From an uncultured Methylomirabilota bacterium (lineage in GTDB: Bacteria > Methylomirabilota > Methylomirabilia > Methylomirabilales > 2-02-FULL-66-22), in contig OY970067.1 in the NCBI GenBank assembly GCA_963705305.1, positions 384,001-448,000 on the forward strand: a DNA stretch of 64,000 nt, written 5' to 3'. Of the stretch, positions 1 to 9,277 are shown in pieces. Both the position numbers and the translations under genes were made by a program. The notes below the pieces were generated by a model. That model made no database searches. It saw only the letters and a list, made by a program, of their open reading frames with translations, and was not told where the DNA came from. The number at the start of each line of letters is the position of its first letter. The stretch's first letter is position 1.

Positions 1-4
1 TCAT
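1..4 (-). CDS. Probable start codon of a gene running off the left edge of the window
   Basis: CAT at 2-4 is preceded on the minus strand by GAGGG (SD-like but very close), with an AT-rich promoter-like tract at about 97-145. Product not visible. Confidence 0.3.
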
Positions 5-96
5 CCCTCACGGTCTGGGCGCAGCGCTCAGCAGGGTCCGCCGCGCTCACCGAAATCCCCCCCCCTCTCGCTCTTGAGAACCCGCGAAAGGGAGCG

Positions 97-146
97 GCAA
101 TATTGGGATTATATCGGGATCTAATAATTAGACCAGTGAAATTATG
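97..146. promoter_or_regulatory. AT-rich divergent promoter region with palindrome TCTAAT-A-ATTAGA (120-132)
   Basis: Local AT-rich island in GC-rich DNA; perfect 6-bp inverted repeat. Confidence 0.45.
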
Positions 147-508
147 GGCATACGCCGGGGCTGCTGTCAAACGCAGAAGTTGATCATCCGTACATCGGTT
201 GCGGGGCTTTGGGGCGCGGCGGCCCGGCGAGCTTTTCCCCGAACAGCCCTTCTGTGCGCTATCGATTCCCTTGTTTTCCTGCCTCCCGAGAGCCCCCGCA
301 TGCGGAGTGTCAGGGGTGGCTGGCTCCCGATCGCGGACGCCCCCCCCTCCGGGCTGGCCCACCCGTCCAGCCCGTTCGGGTGCGGAACCAGATTGCCCGG
401 CTCGCCCCGACGTGGGCGGAGAAGCGGGGAAATCGAGGGATTAACGTCTCGAGGGAACTGCAATACATTCGCTCGGCCCTGGGCCCTCGCCCTCAGGAGA
501 GGTGCCAC

Positions 509-1444
509 ATGTCGAACAAGCTTTCAGCGGGCAAGGCGCAGGTAGGAGCAGACAGTCTCGCGCTCGGCGTCTGGGCGCGCCGGGTGGCCGGGCTGGCCGT
601 CCAGCTCTGGTTTGCGGCCGCCCTGATCGTGCCTTGTGCGCGGGCAGCCGCACCGGAGCAGATCCACTTTCCTTCCTTGGACGACCGGCCCCCCCTGCTC
701 GACGGTTACCTGGTCCGGCCGGAAGGGGAAGGCGGGCATCCCGCGCTGGTCTTTCTCCACGGCTGCGGCGGATTGCTGACCAGGAAGGGCGCGCTCGAGG
801 CTCGCCAGGCTGACTGGGCCGCGCGGCTGGCGGCCCGGGGCTACGTGGTTTTGATGGTGGACAGTTTCGGTGCGCGCGGCCAGGGCGAGATGTGCTCCCA
901 GGGTGGTTACCGATCGTCCGTGTATCTGGAGCGGCCGAAGGACGCCTACGCCGCTTTGCGGTATCTACAGGGACAGGCGTTCGTGCGTCCGGACCGCATC
1001 GGACTGATCGGCTGGTCGCAGGGAGGCGGGACAGTACTCTTGGCGATTCGGACGGCCAGCCTGGGGCGCCCCGCCGAGCTGCCGAACGGGGATTTCCGCG
1101 CCGCCGTCGCCTTCTATCCGGCCTCATGCCGAGATGCATCCCACAAGACGGCCTGGACGAGCACGATTCCCCTGCTCGTGCTGGTGGGGGAAGAGGACAA
1201 CTGGACGCCCGCGGGTCCGTGCAAGACGTTCGTCGACGGGGCGGTGGCGCGCGGCGCGGCGATCGAGATGCAGATCTACCCGGGCGCCTACCACGATTTC
1301 GACTGGCCGAATCTCCCACGGCACGAAATCGCGGCATATCGGACGCACTCCGGCGTCGTGCCGATCACCGGGATGGATCCGGCGGCGCGCGCGGACGCCC
1401 TCGAGCGGGTGCCGGAATTCCTTGGGCGCCACCTTCAGAACTGA
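509..1444 (+). CDS. Dienelactone hydrolase-family alpha/beta hydrolase, probably exported
   Basis: AGGAGAGG before ATG 509; motifs LHGCGG, GWSQGG nucleophile elbow, GEEDNWT and YPGAYHDFD; hydrophobic N-terminal stretch ending ARA-AA. Confidence 0.85.
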   Translation: MSNKLSAGKAQVGADSLALGVWARRVAGLAVQLWFAAALIVPCARAAAPEQIHFPSLDDRPPLLDGYLVRPEGEGGHPALVFLHGCGGLLTRKGALEARQADWAARLAARGYVVLMVDSFGARGQGEMCSQGGYRSSVYLERPKDAYAALRYLQGQAFVRPDRIGLIGWSQGGGTVLLAIRTASLGRPAELPNGDFRAAVAFYPASCRDASHKTAWTSTIPLLVLVGEEDNWTPAGPCKTFVDGAVARGAAIEMQIYPGAYHDFDWPNLPRHEIAAYRTHSGVVPITGMDPAARADALERVPEFLGRHLQN

Positions 1445-1592
1445 CCCCTGGAGCGGGTGTCGGATTTCCCCACGCCGGGGACCGTGGACCCGAAGAGCGC
1501 CGACACCGGAACCCGCCGGGACCGCTCCGGTGATTTCTTGGCATGGAACATGGAATTGGCGGCCTGGCGCAGACGCCACGAGCGTGAGGGGT

Positions 1593-2495
1593 ATGGCGAT
1601 CAGCAGTCGGACCAAGGGGATTGCGCTCGTTCTGTCGGCGTCCGCCCTCTGGGCGGCGACCGGCCCACTGACCAAGATTCTTCGGCTACACGGGTTCGGG
1701 CTGGCGGACATTCTCTCCTGGCGCTACCCCATCGGCCTCGTCTGTCTGGTGACCTGCTCTCGGCTGTTGCCGAAACCTCCGGCTCTTCGCATTGACGCAA
1801 AGCGATTCTCCGCCGCGCTCGTGCTGGCACTCAGCATCCTTGGGGTCAACGCGGCCTTCACCTGGAGCAACTTCTTCACGACCGTGGCCAATGCCCAGGC
1901 GCTCATCTTCACCGCGCCGCTCTTCGCCTCGCTCTTGGCGTGGCTGCTGCTCCGCGAGACCATCCGCGCCACTCACCTGTTGGCGATCGCCATCGGCTTC
2001 ACCGGGGTCTGCATCTTGGCATTCGGCTCGTACCTCGGCAAGGCAGGGCCGCCTACCCCGCTCTCTCCAAACCTCCCCCTGGGCAACGCCCTCGCGTTGA
2101 TCGGCGGGCTGCTGTACGGCTGGTACTTCGTCATCGCGCGAAAAGTGGCACAACGCGATGCGGCCGTGCTGACGAGCACCATCTGGCAATTCTTGATTCT
2201 CTCCGTCCTGCTGTCTCCCCTTATGGTCCACACATTTTCCCAAAGCATTGACGGGCGCGGCTATGTGACCCTCGCGATCTACGGCACGCTGTGCACGGCG
2301 GGACCGATTCTCCTCCTCAACCTCGCGGGCCTCTTCCTCCAGGCGCACGAAACGAGCCTGCTGGCGCTCTCCCAGGTGCCGTTTACCATCTTTGCCGGCA
2401 TGATCCTCGTCGAAGAATTTCCTCCCCTCATCACCTGGATCGGTGCGGGGCTCATCGTGGCGGCCGGCTTCCTGGGGGCACGCAAGCGCACGTGA
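1593..2495 (+). CDS. DMT/EamA-family transporter
   Basis: About 300 aa, about 10 hydrophobic segments, EamA motif FTAPLFASLLAWLLLRE; GAGGGG before ATG 1593. Confidence 0.85.
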   Translation: MAISSRTKGIALVLSASALWAATGPLTKILRLHGFGLADILSWRYPIGLVCLVTCSRLLPKPPALRIDAKRFSAALVLALSILGVNAAFTWSNFFTTVANAQALIFTAPLFASLLAWLLLRETIRATHLLAIAIGFTGVCILAFGSYLGKAGPPTPLSPNLPLGNALALIGGLLYGWYFVIARKVAQRDAAVLTSTIWQFLILSVLLSPLMVHTFSQSIDGRGYVTLAIYGTLCTAGPILLLNLAGLFLQAHETSLLALSQVPFTIFAGMILVEEFPPLITWIGAGLIVAAGFLGARKRT

Positions 2496-2735
2496 GGCGG
2501 CAGCCAAGCAATGGAAGGAGCTCTGTGGTCGAGAGCGTGAGCCGGGAACTGTCAACAATTCCTGATGGGGCTTCGGGAGTTCCGGGCCGCCCGCCCGGGC
2601 GACCCCGCACCGGTTTTCCCGTTCCATTGGGGACTCCGAAAGGTCTTCGTCAAGGCATTGGCAGCTCGGAGCATGTCATCCTTGGCGACCTTGGCATAGA
2701 TCCTGGGGTCTGATGCTCGCACGCCCGAGCTGCTG

Positions 2736-4676
2736 CTAGCGCAGCTTGCCTATCTTTTCAAGATCATCCGCCACGCTGTCCAGCCCGAGATCAACCAAGG
2801 TCTTTCGTCTTGGGTAGCTGGTTTCGCGATCCCATCCGTGAAGATCATAGTACTCATCAAGCATCGCGTCATATTTCGCTCTGTCAATTCTCCAGCCTTT
2901 GAGGGTCCCGGATGGAATCGGCTCAGCTAGATCCCTAGCCGTCGGCATATCGTCCTTGCGGTCAAAGCTGGTGAATCGCAAATTGAGCGCCTTTTCCAGA
3001 TTGAGCTGCTTCATGGCGTGTCGCCGCAGATCCTCGGCCGACGTGTCCCAGCCAGTGGCCGCCGAATACAGATCCGCCATCTGCGGGAGGTCCGTCTGGT
3101 CAATGTCCAGGCAGGTCGTGGTGTAGAGACATATCCCAAGGCAGTTTGCCATTCGGGACACGGCCTCCATATACGTAACCATCGTGGCCTTCCCATCGTA
3201 TTCCAGCGGCCTGTCCAGGCCGGCGGCGCCATACACGAGGTGCGCCTTTTCGGAATTCAGATCCGGGACCGTTTCAATCACGAGCGCCCCGGTGGTATGC
3301 GTGCCGCCTCGAGTGGAGGTCGCGGTGCCGAGCAGCCAGCCATTCGATCCCCGGCACGGTTCATACAGGTCCTGCCCTTTGATATGCAGGGCGTAGTAGC
3401 CGCTATCGCGGCCAACGATGTCGGCGGCTCGTGCACAGCCTTCCGCCAGAACATCGCCGAACCCCTCCCGGTGGCAGATCTTCCGGATCAACTCCAAGAC
3501 AACGTCCGTATCGCCCCATTCGAGTCTCAGCCCATCCGTGTCTGCCTCGCGCAGGATCCCGCGTTGGTAACATTCCATCGCCCAGCCGATCGCCCCACCC
3601 GCGGCGTCCACATCGATGCCGAGCTGATTACAGTAGGCATTCGCTTTCAACATGAACGTGGGTTCCCGCATGGCCAGGCGGGTCTGAAGGGTCCCGAAAG
3701 CCTCCCATTGGTTACATTCCGTCTTGAGCCCGGCGTAGGGCCCCTCGGTGATGTCCAAATGACGGCCGCAGCCGATGACGCACCCGGGGGCACTCTGATT
3801 CCCCACTGTGTACCTGTCGAGCGTGGTCCGGGGGTCAATGGCGTGCAGCATCTCCTCGGGAAGGCAGCACTCCTGGAAGTTCTTGTAGTTGATGCCACAA
3901 ACCTCTTGCTTGCGCGCCAGCACAAATAGCGTTCCGTACCGGTGAAACTTCTCTCGGAGGCCTGCCTTTTCGAACATCTTCCGCACGCGGATGGTGGTCT
4001 CCATGAAGCGGGTCGGGTCTGCCACCCGGATCCCGCGGCTCCCCTTGGCTACGATGGCCTTGAGGTTCTTCGCCCCCATGACTGCACCTGTCCCGCAGCG
4101 TCCAAACGCTCGTCCCTTGTCCTGGATGATGCACGCCCCCCGGACCAAATGCTCCCCCGCCGGCCCGATGGACATGGCGTGCAGATTTGGATCCTGGAAT
4201 TCATTGCGAAGGATGTCCAGCGTCTCCCATGTGGTCTTTCCCCAGAGATGCGAGGCGTCTCGAACTTCGACCGCCTCATCCTGGATCCAGATATACACCG
4301 GCACCGGGGATCTCCCCTCGCACACGATGGAATCATAGCCAGCGCTCTTCAGTTCACCGCCGACGTAGCTGTCGCTGCAACTGGTGGCCCATCCACCCGT
4401 CATGGGCCCCAAGGTGCTGACGTTCATCTTGCAGGCACCAGGAGCCGGCGTCCCTACCAGGGCGCCCGCCCCGAAAACCAGTCGATTCGCGGGGTCATAC
4501 GGCGTGACCCAGGTCCGCAGTTCATCATACAGAATCTTGACCGCGATCCCGGAGGCTCCGATCCACTCGGGCACATATTTCCCGGTCGGCTCCGTCCGCA
4601 CTCGCCCGTTACTGAGATTGACGCGTAAGATCTTCCCGCCATACGCCCGCGGGATTACTTCGGCTGCGTGTTGCAT
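2736..4676 (-). CDS. Aldehyde:ferredoxin oxidoreductase (AOR/WOR family, tungstopterin-dependent)
   Basis: GKILRVNLS N-terminus, SIGPAGEHLV, GRCGTGAVMGAKNLKAI, CNQLGID, EGCARAA, C-terminal LDEYYDLHGWD. Confidence 0.92.
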   Translation of the reverse strand: MQHAAEVIPRAYGGKILRVNLSNGRVRTEPTGKYVPEWIGASGIAVKILYDELRTWVTPYDPANRLVFGAGALVGTPAPGACKMNVSTLGPMTGGWATSCSDSYVGGELKSAGYDSIVCEGRSPVPVYIWIQDEAVEVRDASHLWGKTTWETLDILRNEFQDPNLHAMSIGPAGEHLVRGACIIQDKGRAFGRCGTGAVMGAKNLKAIVAKGSRGIRVADPTRFMETTIRVRKMFEKAGLREKFHRYGTLFVLARKQEVCGINYKNFQECCLPEEMLHAIDPRTTLDRYTVGNQSAPGCVIGCGRHLDITEGPYAGLKTECNQWEAFGTLQTRLAMREPTFMLKANAYCNQLGIDVDAAGGAIGWAMECYQRGILREADTDGLRLEWGDTDVVLELIRKICHREGFGDVLAEGCARAADIVGRDSGYYALHIKGQDLYEPCRGSNGWLLGTATSTRGGTHTTGALVIETVPDLNSEKAHLVYGAAGLDRPLEYDGKATMVTYMEAVSRMANCLGICLYTTTCLDIDQTDLPQMADLYSAATGWDTSAEDLRRHAMKQLNLEKALNLRFTSFDRKDDMPTARDLAEPIPSGTLKGWRIDRAKYDAMLDEYYDLHGWDRETSYPRRKTLVDLGLDSVADDLEKIGKLR

Positions 4677-4708
4677 GGGCCGTCCTCACGCCAAGAGTGA
4701 TGCACATC

Positions 4709-5002
4709 TCATCGACCGGGGGCACAGCGAAACTCATCAAGAATCGCCTTCAGTTCGTCCCTCTTGCAGCAAAACTCCAGACAGAGGGGCTCCAGCAGAT
4801 CCGGGCACCCATCGCAAGGAATCCCTGGGATCCCCTGCGCCTCGCCCTCCCGGACGAGCCACACCCGGAAAGGGGCCGCGCCCTCCACATTAAGGATCTT
4901 AATGCTGGAGACGGATGGATTGAACTCCTGAATGTGATGGAAGGAGCAGGCCATCTCACAGGTCCTGCAGCCGCCGCAGGCAGGCATATCGAAGGCCGGC
5001 AT
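4709..5002 (-). CDS. Small ferredoxin-like Fe-S subunit accompanying AOR
   Basis: GAGGAG before ATG 5002; CGGCRTCEMACSFHH plus CDGC-x7-CLEFC; directly upstream of the AOR gene. Confidence 0.8.
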   Translation of the reverse strand: MPAFDMPACGGCRTCEMACSFHHIQEFNPSVSSIKILNVEGAAPFRVWLVREGEAQGIPGIPCDGCPDLLEPLCLEFCCKRDELKAILDEFRCAPGR

Positions 5003-5056
5003 CGTGCTCCTCGCTGGCGAGGCACCTCGCGGTATCCGAATACGTGTAAACTCCAA

Positions 5057-5863
5057 TCACGCCTGCGGCGGGGGGGCAGCCAGTGCGAGCCGCCCGACAT
5101 ATTCGAGGTGCCGCCGCATGCTGAACCGGGCCCCTTCGGGGTCGCGGCTCGCGATGGCCTCGAAGGTCTGACGGTGAGCCCGCAGGCCCGCCGCAATGGA
5201 GGCCGGCGCGTTTGAGACCGCCGCGGCAATGACTCGTCGAAGGAGATCCAGGATCGAAGTCAACATGTTGAGCATGACCTCGTTGCCGGCCGCCCGCCAC
5301 ACCGCGAGGTGAAACTGCGGATCGATCTTCACGTACTCCTCCGGCTGATGGCAGACGGTTTCCATGCGGAGGAGCTCCCTTTCGATCGCCAGAATATCCT
5401 CCTCCGTCGCGCGCTGGGCTGCCATGGCGGCCAGTTCGCTCTCCATGCAGCGACGAGCTTCGGCAAGCGCCGCGATCTTGGACTGGTCGAGCAGGGCGCT
5501 CCAGCTCAGGGGCTTCAGGAAGAAGCCCGAGGTGTCTTCCCGGACAAAGGTCCCGCGCCCATGCCTGATTTCCACGATCCCCACCAGCTCCAACGCCATG
5601 AGGGCCTCGCGCACCGAGGTCCTCCCCACCGCGAACTGTTGTGCAAGGGCCTCGATCGACGGCATGCGGTCTCCCGGCTTGAGCCGCCCCCCGACGACCG
5701 ATGCAATGATCCGGTCGATAACGAGGCTGCTGCGTTTCCGCCGCTCCGCCCCGACATGCCCTGGGACCTCTGCCGCTCTTCTCCGCACGCCGCGCGATCC
5801 TTTATGGTTAAAGAGAGCAGATGACTTTGACCGAATGTTCCTGGCATTCGAAAGCTTTGTCAA
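5057..5863 (-). CDS. GntR/FadR-family transcriptional regulator (start uncertain)
   Basis: wHTH LKPGDRMPS...VGRTSVREAL...HGRGTFV and FCD domain (FHLAVWRAAGN). Confidence 0.9.
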   Translation of the reverse strand: MTKLSNARNIRSKSSALFNHKGSRGVRRRAAEVPGHVGAERRKRSSLVIDRIIASVVGGRLKPGDRMPSIEALAQQFAVGRTSVREALMALELVGIVEIRHGRGTFVREDTSGFFLKPLSWSALLDQSKIAALAEARRCMESELAAMAAQRATEEDILAIERELLRMETVCHQPEEYVKIDPQFHLAVWRAAGNEVMLNMLTSILDLLRRVIAAAVSNAPASIAAGLRAHRQTFEAIASRDPEGARFSMRRHLEYVGRLALAAPPPQA

Positions 5864-5929
5864 GCAGATTTAGGACCATCGAGTACTTGTATGGCGGAAT
5901 TTACAAGCATTATAGGCTCATGGCGACTC

Positions 5930-5982
5930 TTGACGCCAGACTTGGAAGTGATATAGTGCATCATTCACTCATCTGCTGAGTG
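5930..5982 (+). promoter_or_regulatory. sigma70-like promoter (TTGACG 5930-5935, TATAGT 5952-5957) and operator-like palindrome CACTCA-N5-TGAGTG (5966-5982)
   Basis: Direct reading of the divergent intergenic region between the regulator and the ABC operon. Confidence 0.55.
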
Positions 5983-6980
5983 TGTCAAGATCAGGAGCCG
6001 TCGCTGTGAACGCGAGACCTGCTTCGGGCGCGCTGGCAGGCGCCCGGCCCGGCCGGTCGGTCTTTCAGGAGAGCCAGGCGATCGTCATCTGGCTCGTCGT
6101 GCTGCTGCTCGTCGTCGTCGCCTCCGTCTTGTCGCCCGCGTTCCTTCGCACTCGCAATCTGCTCAACGTCCTGCGGCAGGCGTCCACCCTTGGGGTCATC
6201 TCGGTCGGGCAAACAATGGTCGTGCTGTCCGGCGGCGCGGATCTGTCCCAGGCGACGGTAATGACACTCAGCGCCGTGGTGGCGTTCAAGTACCTCGGAG
6301 GCAACAACGCGCTGATCGTGCCGGTCATCCTCCTCTGTCTCACCCTCGGCGGACTCATCGGCGCGGGCAACGGGGTCATGGTCAGCAAGGTCAAAGTCCC
6401 GCCGTTCATCATGACCCTTGGGACGCGCACCATAGTCTTCGGCCTGGCCCTGATGTTCACGAAAGGGGCCCCGCAGGGCGACACGACGCCACTCTTCCGC
6501 GCGGTGCTCGGCGAAACCTATGTGCTCGGCATTCCAGGCCAGGTACTGATCTGGGCCGCCGTTGCCCTCCTGGGGTGGCTGGTGCTCATGCGGACCGTCT
6601 TCGGCCGGAAGCTCTACGCCGTGGGGGGCAATGCCCGGGCGGCACGCCTTGCGGGGGTGCAAGTCGACCGAGTGCTGATTCTCGCCTACGTGCTCTCAGG
6701 CGTGCTGGCTGCGCTGGGCGGATTGGTCCTGGGCGCCCGGTCGGGAAATGCAGACAACGTGATGGGCAACGGCTACGAATTGAACGCCATTGCGGCCGTC
6801 GTCATCGGGGGCACCTCCTTTGCCGGAGGGCAGGGCGGCGTCACGGGAACGGTCGGGGGTGTGCTCATGATGACCGTGTTGCAGAACCTGCTGAACATCC
6901 TGGGCGTGAGCCCCTACGCGTACCTCATCGCCATGGGGATTGTCATTATCGCCGCAGTGGCGTCTATCAAGCAGAAGTAA
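5982..6980 (+). CDS. Sugar ABC transporter permease (RbsC family; start uncertain)
   Basis: NLLNVLRQAS, GGADLS, FGRKLYAVGGN, YELNAIAAVVIGGTS. Confidence 0.92.
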   Translation: MSRSGAVAVNARPASGALAGARPGRSVFQESQAIVIWLVVLLLVVVASVLSPAFLRTRNLLNVLRQASTLGVISVGQTMVVLSGGADLSQATVMTLSAVVAFKYLGGNNALIVPVILLCLTLGGLIGAGNGVMVSKVKVPPFIMTLGTRTIVFGLALMFTKGAPQGDTTPLFRAVLGETYVLGIPGQVLIWAAVALLGWLVLMRTVFGRKLYAVGGNARAARLAGVQVDRVLILAYVLSGVLAALGGLVLGARSGNADNVMGNGYELNAIAAVVIGGTSFAGGQGGVTGTVGGVLMMTVLQNLLNILGVSPYAYLIAMGIVIIAAVASIKQK

Positions 6981-7087
6981 CCCTGCGACAGTCTCGAAAG
7001 AGGGTGGCGTTCCGCCGCACCCGGTAGGTTGGCACCCCAGTTCGGATGTGATCCCGGCGGCGTGCTTGGCACGCGAGAGGAGGAGCG

Positions 7088-8197
7088 ATGCGACTCATCG
7101 GGCGTCAGTTCAGGGTAGTCTCAGCGGGTATATCGATCGGCACGCTGGCTTGTCTTTTGGCCGTGGCTCCGATCCCGGCCGCGGCGGCCGGCGGCGGCCA
7201 ACTCGTGAAGATCCCCGACGTCTACCGCTGGCCCGCCGGCACGAATCCCCAGATGGTGGAGACGGCCAAATACAAGAAGCCCGGTCCCTACAAGATCGGC
7301 TTCTCAAACTGCTCTACCACCAATGCGTGGGCCGTCCTCTTCTGGGAGACCGCGAAATGGGAGGTGGCCAAGCATTCGCAGCAGATTTCCCAGTTCTACA
7401 CGACCGATGCCGGGGATAGCGCTGCCAAGCAGCTGTCGGATGTGGAGGACCTCATTGCCAAGGGTATAGATGCTCTGATCATCCGGCCCTGCACGCTCGA
7501 CGCGGCGGTCCCCGCTATCGAGAAGGCAATGAGTAAGAATATCCCGGTCATCGTATCGAATCGCGACACCAAAGCGACGCAGTACGTGACGCAGAACACG
7601 ACACCGGCCGTCGACATCGGGCGGAACCAGGGCCTCTGGCTGGCGAAGCAGCTGAACGGGAAGGGTAAGATCATCTCCATCGAGGGGCCTGCGGGGAGCG
7701 GCCCGCAGGTCGAGCGCTTCCAGGGTGCGGAGGAGGTTCTGTCCAAGTACAAGGGGATCGAGATCCTGGCGCGCAAGCCGACAAACTGGTCTCGCTCCGA
7801 GGCGAAGACCGCCATGGAGGACTACCTTCAGTCCTTCAAGAAGATCGATGGCATCCTGAGCCAGGCCGGCATGATGTCCATGGGAATCGTGGAGGCCCTG
7901 GACGAGGCCGGCATCAAGCCCACCAGCGTGCCCATTACGGGCGACGACTACAACGGGTGGATGAAGTGGATTGCCAAGAACAAGGCGGGCATGGTTTCCA
8001 CCAACCCGACCTACTGCAGCGGCGCGTCGATCGTCGCCGCCCTGATGATCTTAAACGGACAGCCGGTGCCGAAGCGGTGGGATATTCCCAGCCAGATGTA
8101 CGATGCAAGCACTATCGGCAAGATTGTCGTCCCGGACCGCTCGGACGAGTGGTACCCGAGCATCCTGCCAGCCAGCTGGAAGATCGAAGGACGCTAG
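7088..8197 (+). CDS. Sugar ABC transporter substrate-binding protein (RbsB-like fold)
   Basis: GAGGAGGAG RBS; signal peptide; KKPGPYKIGFSN, KQLSDVEDLIAKGIDALII. Confidence 0.9.
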   Translation: MRLIGRQFRVVSAGISIGTLACLLAVAPIPAAAAGGGQLVKIPDVYRWPAGTNPQMVETAKYKKPGPYKIGFSNCSTTNAWAVLFWETAKWEVAKHSQQISQFYTTDAGDSAAKQLSDVEDLIAKGIDALIIRPCTLDAAVPAIEKAMSKNIPVIVSNRDTKATQYVTQNTTPAVDIGRNQGLWLAKQLNGKGKIISIEGPAGSGPQVERFQGAEEVLSKYKGIEILARKPTNWSRSEAKTAMEDYLQSFKKIDGILSQAGMMSMGIVEALDEAGIKPTSVPITGDDYNGWMKWIAKNKAGMVSTNPTYCSGASIVAALMILNGQPVPKRWDIPSQMYDASTIGKIVVPDRSDEWYPSILPASWKIEGR

Positions 8198-8202
8198 GCG
8201 CC

Positions 8203-8237
8203 TGGGCGGGTGAGCGGACTGCCCGCTCACCCGCCCA
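8203..8237 (+). other. 15-bp perfect intercistronic hairpin after the SBP gene
   Basis: TGGGCGGGTGAGCGG-actgc-CCGCTCACCCGCCCA; no U-tract. Confidence 0.7.
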
Positions 8238-8274
8238 TCTCAGCGGGGACGGAAGGAATCTGCGAAGGGCAGGA

Positions 8275-9261
8275 ATGCCTCAGATGGTAGATGGGCAGGC
8301 AGAGCACGTACGGCTGAGAGGGACCGCAGAGCGGGTTGCTGCCCTGGCTGGACAGCACACGGTGTGGCTCGTGCTCGCCCTCCTCGGGATCGTGGGCGGG
8401 CTCTTTGCGCCCGAGTTCCTCAGCCTTGTCAACATCTTCAACGTCCTGCGCCAAGCCACCGCGCTCGCGTTCGTGAGCGTTGGGCAGACGTTCGCCATCA
8501 TCGCGGACTGTATCGATCTCTCAGTCGGGGCAATGATCAGCCTGACCGCCTGCCTGGCGGCCGGGACCATGGATGGACGCACCGCGGGCATCCTGCCCGC
8601 TTTGGGCGTGGTCGCCGCCGCCGTGAGTGCCGTGGGCCTGCTGAACGGATTCGCCGTGGCCCAGCGGAGGGGTAATCCGTTCATCGTCACGCTTGGCAGC
8701 ATGGCGGTGATCAACGGGGTCGTTTTGCTCTACACCAAGGAGCAGCATGTGGGGTCTGTTCCAGGCGGCTTCCGGGTCTTCGCGGAAGGCCACCTGGGGG
8801 CGATGCCCGTGCCCGTGCTGCTCGCGGCGGCCGTTTTCCTTGCCGCGCACTTCGCGCTGCGTCGCACCCGGTACGGGCGCTACGCCCTGGCCGTGGGCGG
8901 GAACGAGGAGGTGGCCCGGCTTTCCGGCATCGCCACACGGCGCATCAAGACGCTCACCTATCTGGTATCCGCGTCCGGCGCCGCTGTCACGGGGCTCTTC
9001 CTTGCCGCGCGCATGAACGTGGGGGACCCGCTGGTCGGCGTCGGCTTCGACCTGGATGCCATCTCGGCCGTCGTGATCGGGGGAACCGACATCATGGGGG
9101 GCCGAGGCAGCATCGGCGGAACCCTGGGAGGCGTCCTGCTCTACGCGGTGCTCAGCAACTTGATGAACCTGCTGAATATCCTTCCGTTCTCCCAGATCGT
9201 GATCAAGGGCGCCATCATCGTGCTCGCCATCAGCGTCTACCAGGTGCGGCGGTCCCGGTAG
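8275..9261 (+). CDS. Sugar ABC transporter permease (RbsC family), second permease
   Basis: NIFNVLRQAT, IDLSVG, YGRYALAVGGNEEVARLSGI, DLDAISAVVIGG. Confidence 0.9.
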   Translation: MPQMVDGQAEHVRLRGTAERVAALAGQHTVWLVLALLGIVGGLFAPEFLSLVNIFNVLRQATALAFVSVGQTFAIIADCIDLSVGAMISLTACLAAGTMDGRTAGILPALGVVAAAVSAVGLLNGFAVAQRRGNPFIVTLGSMAVINGVVLLYTKEQHVGSVPGGFRVFAEGHLGAMPVPVLLAAAVFLAAHFALRRTRYGRYALAVGGNEEVARLSGIATRRIKTLTYLVSASGAAVTGLFLAARMNVGDPLVGVGFDLDAISAVVIGGTDIMGGRGSIGGTLGGVLLYAVLSNLMNLLNILPFSQIVIKGAIIVLAISVYQVRRSR

Positions 9262-9277
9262 GGAGGAGCGACTTCGC

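Noticed and set aside
2736..5002. Selenocysteine/pyrrolysine readthrough in the redox genes
   Set aside because: AOR ends at the normal family C-terminus, and no in-frame stop interrupts a conserved domain.
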